Below the pieces are notes generated by a model that was not told the DNA's origin, made no database searches, and saw only the letters and a program-made list of their open reading frames with translations. A DNA stretch of 64,000 nucleotides, taken from positions 1,909,230 through 1,973,229 of the forward strand of contig CM061246.1 in assembly GCA_022605425.2 (NCBI GenBank), read 5' to 3'. Every line of letters begins with the position of its first letter. Within the stretch, counting starts at the first letter, position 1. The stretch comes from Hamiltosporidium tvaerminnensis FI-OER-3-3 (taxonomy: Eukaryota; Fungi; Microsporidia). Shown here one piece after another: positions 51,081-64,000 of the stretch. A program made the position numbers and the translations under genes.

Positions 51081-54000
51081 TTACTACAGTTAGCAGGACG
51101 AACTTTTTGATCCGTATAGAAATTAGCGCACTATTTGCATAAATCTTATTAGATTATATATGAGTTTTTAAAGATAGCTTATGAACAGAATTTCAAACTT
51201 AATATTTTTCAGTAAGAACTGTGGGATAAGTAAAATAAAGTTCAAATTGTTCATAAAACATTTATACAATTTGCTTAACTGACTGCCATAACGTGTTTAG
51301 CTGCAATGTATTAATTCATTTCGTGTATATGCTCAAAGTAAAAGTTTTCATCTTAAATTACAATTTTTTTTTCGCAATCAGGCTCATTGAATAAGATTTA
51401 CATTAACACAGATTGTTGCTGATAGGATTATATATTAGACTTTTAAAATCAAATATAATCACTTGTTTGAGCAAATCCGAATTTTTCACGAGATTAACAA
51501 ATTATTTATACTAGTCTATGAATATTCTCTGGAATTTTGCAAATAATCCTATATTAGAATTTTCCGAAATCATATCACCTAACAACCTAAAGTTTGAAAT
51601 AAATTATTCAGCGAATATCATAAAAATAGTAAATAAGGGGTATTTGATATAAGGCTTATAGGAAAATATAGTGAAACAAAGTTATCAAAGAGTATACAAA
51701 ATACTACCCAATGACAGAAGAGCAATAAGACATAGAAATATGAAATGTTTTGATATAGAAGATGCTCGAGATTAATAACGTACGCTAATTTATAGTTTTT
51801 AATATAATAAATATAAATTGGTAAAATCAAAGAATCAAAAGAATAGCCCCTGTCATCCTGATAATATAGATAAATATCTTACCCTTTTGAAATCATTGTA
51901 TCTGGCATATGCTCTAATATAAGAATAGACCATAAAGACCATTTTTAGCTTATAAAACAAACCTTCTCTATAAAAATACTGGGAAAACTAAAACTACTCT
52001 GATCATTTTTTAATAAAATAACCAAATTTTTCTATATGTCTGTATAAATTTAGGTTTTATATGAAAAGTTAGATTATATAAATTTTAAAAACAGGTCTAA
52101 GTACTGATTTTTAGTAAAAAGTATTTCTAAACCCCTGTTGAAGATATCTATTTTATTTTACAGTTAAACAGTATATACTTGCTTTTATCTGGAAAATATA
52201 TATATTCTAATTACAAAAAAACCCTTGTATGATATTGAGTATAGTAAATAGAAATACGTTAACCAAGTACATAAGAAGAACTTCTAATATTCACAGTGTT
52301 GAATAGAAAGAATACTTAATTTTATTCTATAATTAGAAACGAAACCGAAAAGTATTAACGATATTTCTTTCAAACCTATCAATTCTAAAATTACTACGTT
52401 CTTAAAAAAGACATAAGCCTAATTTTATAAAAAAGTGTTTTTAAATTACTAGTAGGCCCGATCGTCTGAAAAAAAGTATGAAAAGTGTACAAACCACATA
52501 AAATTTCTTTAGATCAGTCTTTCGTTTTCTTTAAAATGCAAATCTACATAAAGTTTATAGTATTTTCTTAAATTAGAAAATACATACAAATTAAGTCAAT
52601 ATATAAATTAATTTGTTTCTTTTTCGTTTTTTTAAAAAAAATATTAGTCGCAAAAACAATTTCTTTAAATTTTTTTCTGCAATATTCTAACGATTAGAAT
52701 TATCGATGTTTTTTGCTATCTGTCTACACAAAATGCATAATATATTTTTAACCTCTGGACTTACATATTTATCAAATATAAGTGGCAAAGAAGGAAGAAA
52801 TTTTACTTACTCAATCTAATGTTTTTAACAAGCTATTCTTAAATAAAAGTTTCAAACCTAGATCCAAGACCGGTTAAACTTATAATTTACCAGGTTTTCT
52901 TAAGATTTTCTTTTTTCAAGTAAACTATAGGAGCATATAAAATAATCAACTTTTAATATATTTCAAAAAAAAATTTTTTAGCCTATGATAAAACGAATTC
53001 TACAAAACACTTAAATCTTTTAAGAAATCATAGAACTGACTGTTTTGATATATTCTCTAACTGAATAATAGACATAAAAAGTAATATTATATAAAACGAA
53101 AAATTTACTTCCTAATTGTGATTAAATAGCTAAAAACATGCACCTCCGAAGTTTAGAATTAATCAACCATAATTTTAAGATAAACCCCCTAATCATAAAC
53201 GTACTTTCAAATTTTTTATTTTTGTAAATTACTAAAAAATAAAAAAAAAATAACTTGATGCATATTTCCTAAAAAACTATTAACATGAGTGTTGCTCAAA
53301 ATTCGGTATTTTCATAACGAAAAAAAACAATTTGTCTTCATTTTAAATGTACTTTTTTACGACTAAAAACTCTTCTGAAAATTTTCAATTTCTTAATTTG
53401 AATATAATTTGCGAAGGTAACACATAAATTCAGAATGAAATATGCTAAGGTGCTATATCACTTTAGTAATTTGTTTGAAAAGTTAAATTTGTACGTTTAA
53501 TAGATTCTTTCAAACAAATTTGAACTTAATATTTTCGGCTTGGCAATATTTTTTTTAATTTAGAAAGTAATTATTATTCAAAGAAAGTCGTATATTTATC
53601 AAAAATCTTAATTTTCTCACAAAAAAAGCTAGAATTTTGCACATAGTAGGTAGAAGTAGAAGGAATAAGACAATTTATAGATATTATTAAGCCCTGGTAT
53701 ATATATTTATCATAAATGGATACATGAAAATAGTAGACAATTTTAAATATGTAAAAAAATTATAAAGGTTAAAATTTTAATAAATATAAATATACAATTA
53801 CATTTAAATTTATACAGTACTAACTAAACCAAACTAGCAGGAAGGTAAAAAATATATAACTGACTAAAAAATTTGCAATGAATTGTAAAAAGTTATAGAA
53901 TACTAAAACGGAACAAAATATTTTGAATTTGCCCAAAGAATTCCAGGGAATCTAACCCTAACTTTATACGGTTTTTGAAAACGCAATTTTTCAAAAAAAG

Positions 54001-55099
54001 TATGTAGAAAAATTCACTTTTTAGTAAAATGTAGACAAAATTAAAACAATATAAACAATTGGAACTTTTATAGTAACAAATTTTCAAAAAAGTCACTATC
54101 AAATTTAAATTGTTTTTAATATTTAAATATTTACAGATAGAATAAAGGTATTTTTATTCTCAAATATGTAATTGATCCAAACCCCTTCAGGGGTGGGTGA
54201 TCACTCTAAGAGATAATCCGAATTAAATCAAATTTCAAGAACTGAACTAAAAGCTTAAAGAAAAAGACAAGTGATGCCCGTTTTTATTCTGACTAACACA
54301 CTAACTTTTTATTACACGTTTTTTTACCCAACCTACTTACTTCCCTCTATCTCCCTTTTTGAAAAATGCACCTTGAAAATGTATCTCTACATACCATAAT
54401 ACTATCCCAATTCATCACATTCTTCTCCCTGTATTATTTCAGACCAAATATTTTATAAACATTACCTAGACTTCAGAATCTCTTTATCATGATTCATCTT
54501 TAAAGAAAGATTACGAAACATACTAAAAATAATTAACTAAACCAATTAAGTTAGTGTTTAAATTTTTTTTTTGGTTTTGGCTAGCATAGAATGGCAAGTT
54601 TAATTTCCTCCGTGACAATCCAATTCAAATTTACATATTAAATTTTTCTTAGTAAAACAGTTTTTTTTACAATTTTCTTTATTTTTTTCTTATTTTCATG
54701 CAAATTAATTTTCTGTATCAACTTTAGAAGATATTCTTATAAAACATTTTTTTGTTTATTTTATCTACTATATGTCAATTCACCTTTTTTTTAGAACGCT
54801 TTTGAGGTTTACATTCCCTAACTTCACAAAAGGTAAATTATTACAAAAAGAAATTTAAATATTTATTAGATTAATATGATTCTAAGAAGCCTTTTCAAAT
54901 CTAAATTTGTGTATTTTAATAGTTATAGAATCTAAGAAAAAATATATTTTTGAAGAAGTAAATTTACAATCAATATAAATTTTGATTTATAAAAACTTTA
55001 AGTGGAAAAATATTGGTTAGCAAAGATTAAAATACCGTTATTACTTGGATAAAAATTACAGGAAACTACTTTTTATAAAAAAACAAACATGGTTTCATA

Positions 55100-56000
55100 C
55101 CGTAGGATAGGGAAAAATTGAAACCCAACTTTTAGATAAGAGAATTATCTTTTTTAAATAATTTCTATTTTTTTACCCCAATTTTTTTTCAATAAGAATA
55201 AAAAAGTTTGGGAGAAGAAAATAATGCAAGAAAAAAAAGATTGTAGTTAGAAAAAAAAATTATTGGAGGAAAAAATTTAGGAATAAATCGTGAGAGTAAA
55301 ATTAGAGTAGAGATAAGCATTGGGTTTTACATCTATTAAGAAAGTTTTAGTTAGGGAAAGAAAAATTGTAGCTACGGAAAAAAGATTTTAGCTAGGGAAC
55401 AGGTATACGAAGGAAGAAAATTAGGTATGTGAAAAGAGAATTAGTTGGTAATAGGGTTTAGGGAAAGTGAAATCAGGCCGGGGGAAAGAATTTCTAAGGA
55501 AAAAGTATTGTTTTTTAAAATTTAAAAAATATCAAGGAAAGTTGAAATTGGTAGAAGAATCTGTTAATTAGAAAAAAATTGTCAGAATGATAATATTTAG
55601 TTGAAATTAATAGAGTTGGGTATGTTATTAAAATTTGTTTTAAAGATACAAGTTTTCAAAAAAGAAAATAATTTGAACAGAATAAATAAAAATTACTTTT
55701 GTAAAGAAGAATTGTCCTGAAGGGAAACAAGTTTATGGAAAAAAGAATGTTAGGGCAAAAGAAATTAATTGCGGAAAAAATAAATTTAAAGAAAAATGAT
55801 TTGGCCAGGAAAATGATGAAGTAAGTTATTTAAAATATATTTAAATATAAAGAAATTAAGGCGGGTGAGATTCTGTTGTGTAGAAAAGAAATTTGGGTAA
55901 AAACAATCGGGATAGGGAAATAATAATAGGGTTGAAGAAAAACGTTTGGTTTCGGGGATTAAGAAAAAGGGTAGGGAAAGCTTGTTAGGAGTGGTATGAA
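55100..56000 (+). other. Subtelomeric purine-rich, G-skewed tract with dispersed TAGGG motifs
   Basis: TAGGG at ~55108, 55352, 55393, 55452, 55458, 55751, 55913, 55927 and 55972, all in telomere G-strand orientation; C is scarce. Confidence 0.65.
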
Positions 56001-59000
56001 ATTAATTAGTTGAGTGAAAAAAGTTTTTGCTATTTTTTAAAAAGAGTTTGGTTTTACTAAGTATTTGATTCTGCATATGCTCAATAAAATATTGTTGAGC
56101 AACAGTTTAAAAATTCTGATTGCGGTTAATTGAAAAGGGTATGTCTAATTACAAATAAATTCCTTCTTTCATTAATATTCAGCTGCTTTTAATTTTTTTT
56201 TAATTTTCGTTTGAGGAATTCTTTTTTAAAACATAAATATATTTGGTTCCAAGGTATTAAGAGTAGTTTTCACTGGCAATAGTTATGGAATCTGCTAAAT
56301 TCAAATTATTACATGTAAAAAATCATTTACTATTAGGACAAAGTTTTTTTTAAATTTCAGATGAATAAACTCAATACTTGTTTGTTTATAGTTGAAAATT
56401 TATTTTAATTAAAAATATTAAAAGCAATACATTTACAAGCGTTTTATTTTTATATTCAAAAGAAATGTCGCTATTTCATGCATAAGGTTTTCAATGTTAA
56501 ATCAATGTATGAATGTTTACTTACTACAGTAAAAGCAAGAAACTCATAAAAAACTTTTAAAAAGTGCGATTTCAAAAGGCATTTAAGGATATCTTCGTTT
56601 TATTTCTATTTTTTAAAATTCGTTATAAAAGGGAAACTAAAACTTTCTATGGTTAAGCCAAAAAAAGCCATTTTAATATAATTTGATATGAATTGAAAGA
56701 TTTCATGCAAATCACACAAACTAGCTTAGAAAAGCAAAATAAAAAAGTTAATATATTTGGAAAATGTAATAGCACTTAATACCATTCCAATTAAAATATT
56801 TTGCTTTCACTAACCTAAGTCAGGGAAATACCTGTGAAATATAGTAAAGAAAATATTATTTACCTAACCTGTAGCAGTGAAATACTTGAGAAAGTAAGTT
56901 TTTTAAAACATTAAAGAAATATGAGGTTTGATTAACATTACAATGTCCTTACTTAAGTTCTGTAACATAGCTAGCAACAAAGTATGTAAAACCTTTAGAA
57001 AAATAAAACGAACACATTTATTTAAATAGAAATGTAAATATATAAGAATCTACACATATCCAAAATATTATAAAAGACATATTGTTTTAGATTGTGATCG
57101 AATTAAAGCACTTAAAAGCATACAATCAAAATTGTAAGATATTGTAAACAATAAATTAAGGTTGTTCGTAAGATGATTTAAGATTTTTTTGAATAGTATT
57201 TTGATATAATTTTATTATATAGGGTATATTTCTTCAAACAACTTTTCTATCTAAATAGGCAGTGTTGTCAAAGTATTTGGCTCATTGCCTTAAAGTTCTT
57301 GTAAATACAATTGATGTTGTTGGTAGGCGTATCTTAGCATTATAGAGTGATTAAAATCATTCATTTCGAATTCTTTGATTTGTAAACAAGATTGATTCTG
57401 ATTTAGGGCATCTATATTGAAGCAAGTATAGAATTACGTAAATAAATTTGCATAAGTCTTTCTATGATCCAGCAATTAAGATATATACAGATCCAGCAAA
57501 TTTAGCCGCAAATATTACAGAGAATTCATATCTGTGAACGGTGGCATTTGTTATATTTGGCTTCCACTTCAGTACAGTCATAGCTTTTGTAGTTTAAAAG
57601 ATGAAGAGTTTTTCCTATAGAGCATCCGATATTTCAAACATATTCTTGAAGCTAATCCGTAGAGGATGCTACAAAATGAAAAACCCTTGCCTATTTATAC
57701 TTTTGATTTTTTTTACAATCAATGTCACTTAGAATCAAATTTCATTTAATTCGTTCTGTATCTTGATAGATATTCTTCCAAAGAAATCTATCTAATTACA
57801 ATATGAGTTAGCTCAAGTCACAATTGTTAATTATACCATCCGATGTTTACCCTTCTAAACCATTTTAATGTATAACAATACTTATTTAAATAATGTTCTT
57901 GGCTTCTTTTAAATCATACTAAGATATTTTTATTAGTATATTCCTACATATATAATTTTCTTCATATTCTATTTCATATCTGAATTTTTACATTGCCTAA
58001 ATTTAAATAAAAAAAAATTATAAAAATAGCTGTAAAATAAATTAATTTCGAACAATGTATTATCTAAAAAAAATTTATTGTTTAATACGTATAGAGATAT
58101 AGTTAAAATAATTGCTACATGGAATCGTCTAAATTATTATTAATAATTTAAAAAAAAATATTAAAATCTAAATTTGTTAGAATGCATATAATTTGCATAA
58201 AGTTTTATCCTTATCAAAAGTATTTTAAAATGGAAAGCTTTGTATAAGCGAAAATGTATCCACTAAAATTCTAATTTTTTATTTATTGTAAAATTGTGAT
58301 TATTAGAAAAGGCACATTAGTTTTTAAATACCTTTCAATTAAATATAAAATGCATAGTATTTCAAACAATAGAAGCATATAGATTTAGGAATGTGAATTC
58401 CTTAAACACAAAAAATATTGAGAGAAAAATATTATTAAAAAATATTTGTTTAAAACAGCATTACCTTTTAATTTTTACAAAATATAAAATATGTTTAATC
58501 TTCTAACACAAACCAAAAAAGAGTATAAGATAATATATAATACAAAATTTCTATTGAGTTCAAACGGCTTACTTAAGCGTTAATAGCTCAAATATTTATG
58601 AAGATTTTGTAATAGGAAGAACACATTTAATCAAGAAGAAAACAATTCAATCATAAAGCCTACGCTTCACTCATATATCATGAAGGACAAATGGATTTTC
58701 TTAACGTTTAAAAGAAATAGTCGAGCAAATATACAAAAGTAATGTTTTGTGATGTAGAGTAAATAAAATCTATTAATTTTTAAAATTATAACTTATAAAT
58801 TTCATTATATTAATTTATCTTTTTCTTTATAATATACACTTTACCTCGAATCTTTTCAAATAGACAAATGCGTCTCATAATTGCGTTATTTGCTTTCGCG
58901 TTATTAAAATTTCAGTTAATGATATTGGGTATTTATCTACCAACATATTATGAGTGAATTCATTAAATTATTTAGTTAATTTTGACTTCAAACAAGATCA

Positions 59001-62000
59001 GATGAGTTCTTGGTGACTACACTTTGAACAAGGTAAGTGTAAATAACCTTAGATATACCATTCCATAATCCGAATCCGCTTGGATAGTTTGAGATAATAT
59101 ATTACAGGTGCTAATATTTAAGTAAAAATATATCAGTTGGTTGTGGCAGAAGTTCTATTCCTCTAAATTAGTTTAATCTTTATTCATATAAGGAAGAATC
59201 AGAAGTTTCAAAATGAAAAAGTACTAATTTACTTGTAAAAGATGCCACAACATTTAGAACTGAAGCTCATTTATAGTTTTAGTGATTATATATACCTAAT
59301 TGTCTTTATTATTACATTTTAAGCAGACAAACCGTAATTCGAAATAATTAGCTATAAATCGACAAACAAGATCATAGAAATTTTATTTGTAGTATTATAA
59401 ATATTTCACTCTTTAAATTATAAGACTAGTTATACCACACTTTCAAATCAATATCTATTATTTATACTTATCTTTCTAAATTTATATTCACCTATAAATA
59501 TATTTAGATATTAAAATGATATAACCCTTGCTTATTTCGGACTAGTATAGATAGCTAATTAATTTTTGAAGATTTGATTGTAGATTAATATAGAATTACG
59601 AGAAAGTATATTAAAAATTAGTTATATTAATTGGGTTTGAGCCGAACTAAATTTAATTAAAGTTTAACTTTCTTATAATCATATCAAAATATTATTTACA
59701 TTATTTTATTTTGGCTTTATTTCTTGTTTTAATACGTATAGTTAATAAAAATAGTTACAATCTAAAAACTAAAGAAAATATATCAAACGAACTATTTTAA
59801 TAATGATTGTAACAATTGTATTTCATAGGCAAATAACTTAAGAGTACTTAATTTTACATAAATTGGATGCAAAGTATTTATTAAAATTGGTTTTAATATA
59901 GAAATAGCATGATAAAAAGTTTTCTGTATCACTTCATGACAGTTTACTGTACTATATATATTATTTAAAAGTCTAATTAAATTTAAAATAATATATAATT
60001 CAAAAATATACTTAACATATTTAAATCGAATTAATATATGTATAATTATAATGATTTAAGTTATTTAAATCTCACTACATATTTTAAAATGAAAAATTTA
60101 TTTATATAGATATATTTAAAGGAATCAAATATCAGAGTTCATTATACTATAAGTTGTATTATATATTGGTAAATCAAAGCCATTAAAAATCCAAAAATAT
60201 CATATATATTTCAACAAAAGCAATAGTATTACATTTCTCATTAATTACTCGAAAGTATTATACATGATATTTGAATACTTTTTACATTTATATCTTTTTT
60301 TAATTAGTTTTATATTGTGTTTAAGAAGTTGTAACAATGCATATATAATATGCGCTATAACTGTTTGATTAATTTAAGGAAAGGTAAATAGTAAAAGGTT
60401 ATTTTGAAATCTATAGTTACGTATGAATCCCTTATATGATTAATGTTTCCAACAATATACTGCGGGCTTTTCAAAACGAGTTAACCAAATTTAATCCAGC
60501 CATATTTAGGTTGAACACAACTTATTATGACCAAGATTAAAAAATCTTGTTTTTAAATACTATGTTAGGGTTTTAATAGTACGAATGTTCCAAACAACCA
60601 TAAAAAACCAACCAATACCTTACACACAAAAACTTCCAATTATGGTAAATTTTATAAGTTTATTAGGGTTAACATATTAATATAATATCAGAAGAGAAAA
60701 TAATTACTTATATTTACGAATATTATATATTGATATGAAATAACTAATTTGAAGTTAAATGAATATAAAATGAACAAATAACATAAATTTTATACATTAT
60801 TTAGCTATAAATCTTGCTTTGAAATATAAATTAATCATTGAAATGACCTGAATTATTTTATATGACCCAAACAAGTGATTGATTAAGTAACGACCTGAAT
60901 TTGTAAATGAATAAGAAAAGAATGAAGTAAAATAAATGTAACAGAATTGAAAAAAGTCATTTCGAAAAAAAAACAACCAAAAAACCAAAAAATGTATGTA
61001 CTGCTATAACTAAAATGAGTTTTAGCAAAAAAAATTTGATATAAGTAAATTTTTAAATTAAGAAAACACAGCCAAAATGAATAATAAACTAAAAAAATGT
61101 ACGAAAGAAATATCGGTAACTGTAATCTAACATATAATCTCTTTTTATGCAAGAAAAATATTATATTTTAACATCTATAAACAAAAGTATTTATTTAAAC
61201 ATAAATAACGAACTATATACTAATTTACATTAAAGTAACGACTTTATAAATTTTATATAACATAAATTTACTCAAAACAAGTAAAGGATAAACTAGGACT
61301 AGAATTTCAATAGAACGATTGAACGAAAATATTTGAATTAAATTAAAAGCACATGAAAATAGTTAGAAAAAAATATATAATAAAATTAAGTACATTTTTT
61401 AAGTATGTAAGGCACATTACAATTCCAAGAATAATATACAATAAAGATAAAAATACAAAAATATACATGACTTAATACAAATTATAGAAAAGGTAATTAA
61501 ATAAGGAGTAAAAAACCCTACTAAAGTATTGTACCCAAAAAATATGCATTTAGCAAATCTCCATAGTATTCTACATAATATTAAAGAATTTAAAATCAAA
61601 ATTTTAAAGTTCAAAAAATTATTTTGAATTAATTAAAGCAAACACATAAGCAATATTTAGCTTAAAGATTTATATCACATCTTACACGCCTTTAAAATTG
61701 CGTTATTAAGAAAACTAGTATAAAAACAAAATTAGATGAAAAATAGAATGCTAATAAACATAAAATTAGATCTGTAAACTAAAAGAATCTATGAGATATT
61801 CAAATTAAGAACGACAGTGTAGTTCGATAGGATTTATTTTATTTGCGAAATAATGCTCGATAAAAAAAATAGTCCTACTAGAACTTTCTACATTAGAATA
61901 TATATTTTTTAGTGAAATAACTTAAATTGTGAAAATAAATAGAATAATAATTTAAATGATATAAACCGTAAAATGAAAAATAATATTACATAAATTTAAA

Positions 62001-62067
62001 ATAACTGAATATCAGCGTTAACAAAAAATATATAATAGCTGCACAAACCAAAAACATTAAATGAATT

Positions 62068-62777
62068 TAAACTTTACAATATTTTTAATAAAGGAGTAAG
62101 TGTTGTACTCTTTCATAAAATTGCGTAGTTCTAGGTTTGACATATGTGACTGAACCTAACACTCATTCGGTACCTTTAGAATACCTAAATCCCAAAGCAA
62201 TTCATATATAATAGCTTAAGAACCCATTTAATAAGCAATTTAGTTGCTTGGAGTTTGTCAATATCTGTTGCGGAGGTGTGATTGTATGTATAACCCAACT
62301 CGAATTGTACCTTTGCATACCATGTAGCATTTTCACTTAATCTACACATGTCCGAAAACTAAAAGCTAGCCAAGATATATTTCGGCGAATTACACGAAAA
62401 AAACATAGAAGATACAATGTTATATCAACATAAATAACCCAAGCGATCACTTTTCTAGTTTTACAAAGTTTTATCTTTCTATCTCCGATTCGCAGAGTCT
62501 TCTAAAGCAGTGTCTAAGACTAGATTTTTGAATTTCCATGGGTATTATCTACAAGTTACGCTGCAATCTACAATTGAGCACAAGCAAAAAGCAAAAATAT
62601 ATTAATATAAAATTTTCATGATTTTATGAACTTCACCTCTTCATACAAACACTCATGTAACAAACGTAGACGTAGTGTGGTTTTTATCACACCAAAATCC
62701 AAAATATTGTCTTCACACCAGTTTAACCTACTCATTGCTAAGAAGAATGTTTTTTTTGTGACTATCCTCAAGCTACT
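62068..62777 (-). mobile_element. Decayed full-length copy of the structured non-coding repeat, ~530 bp from the telomere
   Basis: Colinear with the reverse complement of 9879-10610: agttctaggtttgacata, aacactc, atacctaaatcccaaagc, agttgcttggagtt, ctagccaagatatatttc, agtcttctaa, gtagtgtggtttt, cacaccagtttaacctactcattgctaag, tatcctc. Confidence 0.88.
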
Positions 62778-63309
62778 AAAAATACAATTTAAATTCATTA
62801 TGTACGCTCCAAATAAAAACAATTAAACATTTATGATTTTAGCATAGTAAAAGTAGATTTAAAGGTTTTTTTAATTTAGCTACTGGTTTTTCGATGAATT
62901 AGAAATAAATCGAAGTATTTAAATAATGTAACCATATAATATTGACGAATAAAACGTTTTAACAGAAAAATCATTGAGGAAAAATATATGTATAAAATTT
63001 AGAATAAAAATTTTTTAAAATGTTTTAATAATCATATATTTGAACCAAATCTACTAAAATGAAATTATAAAAGGTACGCTTTTCAATTTTAGAAACAGGG
63101 AAACAAAAATTAGAGATATTCACATGCCCCTAAATATGTTTTAATTCTTTATGTTTTCTTTTAGGTTTAAAGCAAATAAAAGAATGTTTTCGAAACAACT
63201 TAATTTGAGTATATATTTTAAAAATTTCTATCCTTATATTTCTGATATGAAAATATTTTTTTATTGAAAAAATTGGAATGAAGAGGTAACTCAAGAAATA
63301 CGAACTAAA

Positions 63310-64000
63310 AGGGTTAGGGTTAGGGTTAGGGTTAGGGTTAGGGTTAGGGTTAGGGTTAGGGTTAGGGTTAGGGTTAGGGTTAGGGTTAGGGTTAGGGTTA
63401 GGGTTAGGGTTAGGGTTAGGGTTAGGGTTAGGGTTAGGGTTAGGGTTAGGGTTAGGGTTAGGGTTAGGGTTAGGGTTAGGGTTAGGGTTAGGGTTAGGGT
63501 TAGGGTTAGGGTTAGGGTTAGGGTTAGGGTTAGGGTTAGGGTTAGGGTTAGGGTTAGGGTTAGGGTTAGGGTTAGGGTTAGGGTTAGGGTTAGGGTTAGG
63601 GTTAGGGTTAGGGTTAGGGTTAGGGTTAGGGTTAGGGTTAGGGTTAGGGTTAGGGTTAGGGTTAGGGTTAGGGTTAGGGTTAGGGTTAGGGTTAGGGTTA
63701 GGGTTAGGGTTAGGGTTAGGGTTAGGGTTAGGGTTAGGGTTAGGGTTAGGGTTAGGGTTAGGGTTAGGGTTAGGGTTAGGGTTAGGGTTAGGGTTAGGGG
63801 TTAGGGTTAGGGTTAGGGTTAGGGTTAGGGTTAGGGTTAGGGTTAGGGTTAGGGTTAGGGTTAGGGTTAGGGTTAGGGTTAGGGTTAGGGTTAGGGTTAG
63901 GGTTAGGGTTAGGGTTAGGGTTAGGGTTAGGGTTAGGGTTAGGGTTAGGGTTAGGGTTAGGGTTAGGGTTAGGGTTAGGGTTAGGGTTAGGGTTAGGGTT
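63310..64000 (+). repeat. Telomeric array (TTAGGG)n, ~115 units, running to the window end
   Basis: Perfect TTAGGG repeats except one TTAGGGG at 63794-63800. Confidence 0.99.

Noticed and set aside
62056-62800. Inverted aatgaatttaaa/tttaaattcatt around the 62-kb copy as TIRs
   Set aside because: Almost purely AT and not reproduced around the other copies.

Overview
This is the right-hand chromosome end of a very AT-rich eukaryote, almost certainly a large-genome microsporidian: the genes are compact and divergent, CCC motifs sit just before start codons, and the window ends in (TTAGGG)n from 63310. Housekeeping genes include eEF2, TRM8, a NEK kinase, a CDF/ZnT zinc transporter, RCL1, eL22, PRP9/SF3A3 and TMA46. 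There are also lineage-specific small and large membrane or secreted proteins. Mobile DNA includes a near-full-length RT-REL non-LTR element with 3' fragments, a decayed two-ORF APE-RT LINE, an rve-integrase remnant and a 241-bp RTE-like non-autonomous insertion. The main unexplained feature is a ~730-bp non-coding dispersed repeat present at least five times (1.4-2.3 kb minus, 8.3-9.0 kb plus, 9.88-10.61 kb plus, 30.2 kb fragment, 62.1-62.8 kb minus). Its best copy is flanked by a 12-bp direct repeat and folds by eye into a multi-helix RNA with a four-way junction, a cUUCGg hairpin, crossing long-range helices and compensatory changes between copies. It is a candidate novel structured mobile RNA. 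All alignments and folds were done by eye, and family resemblances quoted from memory are unverified.
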